A DNA stretch of 63,772 nt, counting the filler, from Licmophora abbreviata (Eukaryota): the NCBI GenBank assembly GCA_900291995.1. It is 13 parts of 13 records of this genome, joined end to end, with 100 filler letters (N's around TTAATTAATTAA, not from the genome) between each part and the next. Parts side by side here need not be neighbours in the genome. Positions count along the whole stretch, not along the records: positions 57,869 to 60,380 come from OLMU01002613.1; positions 60,481 to 61,960 come from OLMU01002620.1; positions 62,061 to 63,772 come from OLMU01002621.1; 10 more parts are not named here. One strand, given 5' to 3'. The position numbers and the translations under genes are program-made. The notes under the pieces are model-generated. The model did no database searches and was not told the origin of the DNA. It saw only the letters and a list, made by a program, of their open reading frames with translations. This document shows, in pieces, positions 57,967-63,772 of this stretch. How positions within the stretch are numbered: position 1 is the first letter of the stretch; every line of letters starts with the position of its first letter.

Positions 57967-59247
57967 ATGGCCCCAACGAATGCTTGGTGCTGTACAGCAT
58001 CCATCGTTGCCGACACAGCCGAGTCCGTTCAAGTGGACAGAGTGTCAGGATACGATGAACTCAGTGACAGCGACGCTTCGCCGCAGATCTTAGGACGACC
58101 CTTTGATCTGACGGCCAGCAGCGTCTGGATGGAATATCTAGACCTCATCGGACAACAAGAATCGAAAGAAGGTGGAGCCGGGGCCTACGATACCATGCGA
58201 TGCGATCTTGTCAATGGAACGACTTTCAATATCTGGGGCATCGATTATCATATGGAAAGGCTCCGGGCGTCGTACGATTCGTTGTGGGCGCAAACGTTGG
58301 AGAATTCAGTCGAGCCATATTCTGATCGACGAAATTCTTTTGGAGAGCAGCTGTCCATTGATCAAGCGATGGTGCGCAGCCACAAAGTTATCAATGCTCT
58401 GTTGAAGGAGGTTGCGTCTGCCAAAGTCATGGAAATGTCACTCAGCAACTTTAGACGCAAGCCGTTAGCATCTCCGGCAACGGCGCAAGTTAACATCACC
58501 ATCCAGCTGATTAGACTTACCCTCTTGTGGACACCACCCGTTGCGAACGAAGAAAGTGAAATTCTCGTCCGTGCTCATGCCTGCAGTAGCTGTATGCCCA
58601 TGTACGTCCACGAACCGCCTGTCCCCATTGTGGCAACATTGGCGGTCCCAGTTCGTGGTGTGTCTGGTCACGAGCGACTTGAGGAAGCCTTACCGAATCG
58701 AAAAAAGTCGCCTCATATCAAGGTCGCCTCGTGGTGTCAAAGTCGACGGCTGTTGGAAGATCCGCACACGTACAAGCCTCCGGGCGTAGGTGAAGTTCTC
58801 ATGGTTCGACCGGCCAGTGAGAGCAATGGCAGCTTGGAAATTCTTGAGGGCTTGACTTCCAATTTTTTTGCAATTTACAACGATGGTACATTGAGGACGG
58901 CCGCGGAGGGAGTCCTAAACGGATATGCGCGCCACCTAGTCCTGAGCTGTGCTGAAGCATGTGGTCTGCAAGTGAGCTCGGATCCAATACTGGTGAGCGA
59001 TGCAACCAACGGAAAGTGGGAGAGCACGTTCATCACATCCTCTTCTCGATTGATCTACCCCATTCGCCGTATCCTGATGCCTGTGTACGAAGCCGATAGT
59101 GACAGTCGCGAGAATGACGGCATGAGTTTTCTTGAACTCTGGAAAGACATGACTTTCGATGACGAGCGCGATAACGATAATTGTACGCCTCGTTGGTCCA
59201 TGTTGCTGCGTGAAGTCCTTCGGCAAGGGGGATACCCAACTGATTAG
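57967..59247 (+). CDS. Class IV PLP-dependent aminotransferase / ADC-lyase-like protein
   Basis: GAYDTMR, YHMERL, HIK, EILEGLTSNFF, VLNGYAR, FITSSSR. Confidence 0.8.
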   Translation: MAPTNAWCCTASIVADTAESVQVDRVSGYDELSDSDASPQILGRPFDLTASSVWMEYLDLIGQQESKEGGAGAYDTMRCDLVNGTTFNIWGIDYHMERLRASYDSLWAQTLENSVEPYSDRRNSFGEQLSIDQAMVRSHKVINALLKEVASAKVMEMSLSNFRRKPLASPATAQVNITIQLIRLTLLWTPPVANEESEILVRAHACSSCMPMYVHEPPVPIVATLAVPVRGVSGHERLEEALPNRKKSPHIKVASWCQSRRLLEDPHTYKPPGVGEVLMVRPASESNGSLEILEGLTSNFFAIYNDGTLRTAAEGVLNGYARHLVLSCAEACGLQVSSDPILVSDATNGKWESTFITSSSRLIYPIRRILMPVYEADSDSRENDGMSFLELWKDMTFDDERDNDNCTPRWSMLLREVLRQGGYPTD

Positions 59248-59592
59248 CTTCCGGGCACTAGCGGTTGCTTAAAGTAGCTTCGCAAAGTAGGCCCAGGGTC
59301 GCAGTTGGTGCATGCTGCGTTGCATCGGCGCCTGTCTCTTCGTGCAAGACCATCGGGATGGCAGCCGCCGCCCCATCTTCTTTCTTCCAAGTGGATACTC
59401 TTCATGTCAGCTTGTTGCGGTACTCATTTAGATGAAATGAATTTGGAAAGTCCTCGTTTCTGTGCCGCTTTGACCCTGACCCCGCGAGCTGGCATGCGGA
59501 ACAGCTCTAGTTGGAACCCATGATACAAGTGAGTACAACGAGTGTAGGATTGCCCTCGCTAGAAAGTTTAGTATTAATGTAGCAAGCTTCAA

Positions 59593-60380
59593 TCAAACGG
59601 ACCCTGGCCAGCCTTTCTGTAGCGCACATTCAATGGCATTCGCAACCGTCCGCTCTTGAAAGGCAGCGGTTATGGTTTCTTTGATTTGTGGATGGTGTTC
59701 GTGATCGTTGAGTAAAATTTCGTTCGCCCGATTTGCCTGCAGTTTCCCCGCCATGCCTCTCGCTTCCACATGGGTTGGGGTAGCCGAAAATGGATTATTG
59801 TACATTAGACAGATGCTTTGACAAAATCTTTCTTTCTCAGATTGTAGTCCAAGCCGAAAATCAAGTCGATCAATACATTTTGAAGCGTATAATTCTCGTG
59901 TTTCAAACGATGTTCCCTCGACATGCTGCCCTTCGAGAGATTCCGCACTGGCCCCATTCGCAAGAAAGTCATGCGCCTTCTTGCGAACCGCGTAGCAGTA
60001 GCAGGCGTCATAGAGTTCCCCGATACAAGCACGAAGTTTGTCTATCACAAGATCATCCAGGACGACCTCGCCATTGCCATCTCTGCTTAGCCCCTCTGAC
60101 CCGAGAGTGCGTTCGACAATAGCCGCAACCGGCACTCCTTCCGGAAAAGTGTGTTGCACAACGCGCAGCAGGATCTTGGAATCAAGCACCTGCTCTTCCT
60201 CTTCTTGTTTTGGTTCTACACTTGCGTGACTCCAAGAAGTTTGCCGTTGCCGCATGTGTAGTACTTGCACCAAGTCGAAAAAGACGTAGTGCCTACCAAC
60301 ATAACCACCGTCAACGCAGACATCCAGTCGAGCTCCCAAAATGTGTTCGTCATTACATGACACAACCGACACGCCCGCAA
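59593..60380 (-). CDS. Hypothetical protein fragment (5' end in gap, possibly degenerate)
   Basis: 259-aa ORF with no motif I recognise. A possible downstream exon (YHGFQLELF, ~59526) lacks an AG acceptor. Confidence 0.35.
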
Positions 60381-60618
60381 NNNNNNNNNNNNNNNNNNNN
60401 NNNNNNNNNNNNNNNNNNNNNNNNTTAATTAATTAANNNNNNNNNNNNNNNNNNNNNNNNNNNNNNNNNNNNNNNNNNNNCGATCTTCATTCCGTCTTTC
60501 CGGTTCTTCTTTTGAATACCTTACGTGTACGGTGCTACATCTTGCGAGCGACGCACTGATCTGAAAGATCCACATCAGGCCTCGCGACAGCCGTGGCAAC
60601 ATCGAGTAACTGTTCTTC

Positions 60619-63230
60619 ATTGCGCCTGGCACCAACCCATTCGAGGATCCAGAGCACGGCGCTGGCGATCCCTTAAATATATCCACGAGTCCTTTCGACA
60701 CCGACTCCTCCGATGGGGAATCGCATCGGGTGAATCAAGATGCGTTTGATAACCCGTCGTCGAGTACCGGTGGAACAGATGTGCCAGAGGAGTCGACGTG
60801 CAAGTTCCTCGGCGACTTGCCTTACCGACGAGTCCCCGTATATTCGAGCGTACGATAGAACCGTCTTGCCAAGGACTCCGAAGACGATGACGACTCTTTC
60901 CACCGTGGACTCGCGGCCTTTCCGGCGTCCTACAGTCAAAGTCAGTCACAGCTCTTGATTTTTCGCGATGTACATGCCTAGTAGCGAGGGGTCTGGGACG
61001 GAACTACTGCAGGCGACTGCGTACGACGGCGGCGTGGCGGTGCTGGGAGCAAACATGCAAGCTGCCATCGCGGAGCTCTTGGATGATCGCGACGATCCTG
61101 CATACATTGATGGTTGTCATTTGGCATCACGCCAGATCTTTCCGACCTCATCGACCTTTACGGGGGGCGATATTGTTTCTGGTGGCATGCAGCAAGGCGA
61201 ATCCTCGCCTTCGCACTTTGCCGTAGTCACTCCGCTGTCTACAGCAGGATATGCAAGGTAAGCACGCAGCGAGTACTGCGTCCTTATCGCATGTCATTTC
61301 CGATCTGATCTCTTTTTTCTTGTCACATATTGTAGCAATTATTGCTTCAGCTACGCGTCCATTGCGGTTCTACCTCGTGTTCACACTACTTCTCGGCATC
61401 CGGACGTCTTCTTGTCCACTTCCGATAATTCAGTTGTGGTTGTCAACACCGTCACAACTGAGATGGTTGACGTTCAATGTCGTGAGCGTATCCCCTCCCC
61501 AATTGTGGCCGTGACATTTGCTCCGAATGGTTGATTTCTTGCATGTTTTACGCAGTCGTCTATCCTGACCGTGATCTCGACATCATTTGAAACGAAAGTT
61601 CTCGACTTTGACACTTCGGAGGGATCGTCGGCGCCTCCTCTTGACATGAAGTGGTGCGGAGAAGACAGGTGAGGCGGAGGATCGATAAATCGATCAGCTT
61701 ATGTGTCTCGCAGTACGGTCTACAACAACTGGCTCACATGAATTTGCTTGCGATTCTGCAGTGTCGTCCTTCATTGGAAAAATCTAGACGTCCTTATGGT
61801 AGGCCCATACGGCGACTGGATGCGGTTTCCCTACGAGGACGTTGCGAATCTTTACCTTATTCCAGAAATAGACTGTTGCCGTGTCATAACCGACGCATCT
61901 GTGGACTGCGCATTGGATCGTTTGACTCTGGGTCTGCTGCTTCTGACAAGGCAGCTCGGANNNNNNNNNNNNNNNNNNNNNNNNNNNNNNNNNNNNNNNN
62001 NNNNTTAATTAATTAANNNNNNNNNNNNNNNNNNNNNNNNNNNNNNNNNNNNNNNNNNNNTTTCCCTTTGTATGTATCCCGGACTTCCGAGGTCAGCTTT
62101 TTGCTCGAGCTTCCAAGGCCGCGGCTCTTGTAGCCAGCCTCGGGAACTCCTCAGATGCCGAAGTGGCGGAAGCGGCGATTCGTACAGTTAACGAAGAAGC
62201 CGACCAGGATGATGTTCGAACGACGGATCCGGGCAGCAAAGCGTATAGTGTGAACAGCGGCGCTTGCTGCGATTCGCGCTGGAAGACCTTTAGTGGCGAA
62301 TTTGCTGCTTATGCTCGAGACATGTGTCGCCGATAAGGTGCCGGCGTTGATTAGTGCACAGTCATTTTCGCACGCTTCGGCGGTGGCGACGAATGCTAGG
62401 TAAGAGAAGGTAGAAGTTTGGTGAGGTGCTTGCGTTTCGGTACACCCTGGAGGACCCCTAATCTAATTCGCTGCTCCCATCACAGAGATGCGGAATTCAT
62501 TTTCTATTCTCTTATGGAATGTGTGAAAGCATGCATGTCTTCAGCGAAAGACATGTCGTCAGGACAGGCGTCGTTTCTGAGAACTGTCGAAACAAAGTTC
62601 ACTCCTGAAAGTTTCCACACTCTGCAGCGATACTATGAAGCCATGCCGGAGGTAGGGCATGTCATGAACTTGCTTCTGCGGGAAAATCGTTTCGTTGATG
62701 CCGGAGCGGTGATGGCAAAACGAGGCATGAGCAACCCCGATGAGCGAGAGGGGATGGGCATGCTGAAGGTAAGGGAGGGCAGTGGTTACCTCATTGTGAC
62801 CACTCACATTTGTTTATCATGCGGGAGACGCGGACTCATCGCTTTTCTCTTCTGTACGCGAGTAGGATCTTGGCGTATCCTTTGACTTGGAAAAGAAACG
62901 GCGTTTCACAGTGTACCGACGACTTTATCGAGTTACTCGACTCTCAAGAGGTCCTACCATCAAAATATGGAGCGCCCGAGGTCGTTCCCGATGCTTAGTC
63001 CGTGACGGCGCTAATAGTTTCGGTGATCCACTATGCTGCGAGGAACAAGCGCGAAGCACAAAGACTGCTAAACGACACCGAGAAGCTTGCCAAGAAGTTT
63101 CGGGTCCCGGAGCGTCGGTTTTGGCATGTCAAAGTGAAAACGTTCGCAGACAGTAACCAATGGGCCAATCTACGAGCACTGGCCGACTCCAAAACGAAAC
63201 CTCCTATCGGATTCATGCATTTCGCCCGTA
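60619..63230 (+). pseudogene. VPS16: VPS16 pseudogene (HOPS/CORVET subunit), spans gap
   Basis: LGDLPYRR..VY, APNG*FLACFT, WCGEDS, MVGPYGD, PEIDCCRVIT, KFRVPERRFWHVKV, PPIGF..F. In-frame stops at 60856, 61532 and 62996, plus frameshifts/deletions. Introns retained. Confidence 0.85.
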
Positions 63231-63772
63231 CTACCAACGGCGTCTGCACAGAACAGAGGATCGCATGTCCATTTGCATACCAAGGAAACGTTGGATGGGG
63301 CCGCCGAGATATCGCTCTTGCAGGCTGAAGACTCGTGGGAGGAAGATCCATCCGTGGACGTCGCGACGTACTTCTTGCGACCGTCGTCCCCGTTTCAGAC
63401 GGTACAAGTCATGTCGAGGATTCGATCCTAGTCTCGTCCACGTACGCACCATCGTATTGTGTATTTGCCTCAGACGACTGCCATTTGTCAGAAACTATTG
63501 AGTGGGCTGGTGTCGTCAGCCAATGTATCGGTGCACAGCTTACAGCTCGACGTATTTCCACTATTGTGCTATCGTTGGACTATGAGGATGCGTTTCTCGA
63601 ATCGGAGGTGGAAGGGACACCAAGTACTGTGATTACTGCAGTTGCTCGCAGCTTGCTCAAGATCCAGGACGTTGTCGGAAAGATCCCTCGGATCCAGTCG
63701 TTGGGTCCGCTTGGTGAGGAAGTCGTGAAAAAGATGATGACTTTGACAGTAGATGAGCATGTTGCTTCGCTA
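63228..63772 (+). pseudogene. VPS33: VPS33 (Sec1/Munc18 family) pseudogene fragment, runs off window
   Basis: TYFLRP..IRS*..HRIVYLPQTTAICQKLL..LQLDVFPL/IVLSLDYEDAFLE..EG..VARSLLKIQDVVGKIPRIQSLG. Stop at 63429, frameshift near 63562. Confidence 0.75.

Noticed and set aside
60481..60960. Minus-strand short ORFs as a separate gene
   Set aside because: The plus strand matches the VPS16 N-terminus; these are antisense shadows.
1..63772. Numerous 60-200 aa overlapping or antisense ORFs; also tRNA, rRNA, riboswitch and transposase signals
   Set aside because: The short ORFs shadow well-supported genes and carry no motifs. I recognised no RNA gene or transposase signature by eye; a covariance-model search would be needed to exclude ncRNAs.

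Overview
Gene-dense eukaryotic scaffold, most likely from a diatom or related ochrophyte. This rests on short (~75-105 bp) GT-AG introns, bipartite signal+ASAFAP-type plastid presequences and diatom-style LRR/FEA1 proteins. The window is 13 contigs joined by an artificial 100-nt spacer (N44-TTAATTAATTAA-N44). Several genes read across spacers, so contig order looks genuine. About 30 mostly housekeeping genes are present: CRNKL1, SAYSD1, CPI1, a signal-peptide USP, RluD-type synthase, PES1, MON1, Sec23-like, eIF3e, APC2, STN1, FEA1-like, ESS2, PPR, MAD1, Hv1, GCP2, POLD4-like, GT64, CLEC16A, LipA, a lysine methyltransferase, FIP1 and a class IV PLP enzyme. The strongest unexplained signal is at the right end. 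A decayed VPS16 gene runs directly into a decayed VPS33 gene that the ORF track misses; these encode binding partners of the HOPS/CORVET core. I found no rRNA, tRNA, CRISPR or clear transposase. All family calls come from motif recognition by eye, not from database searches.
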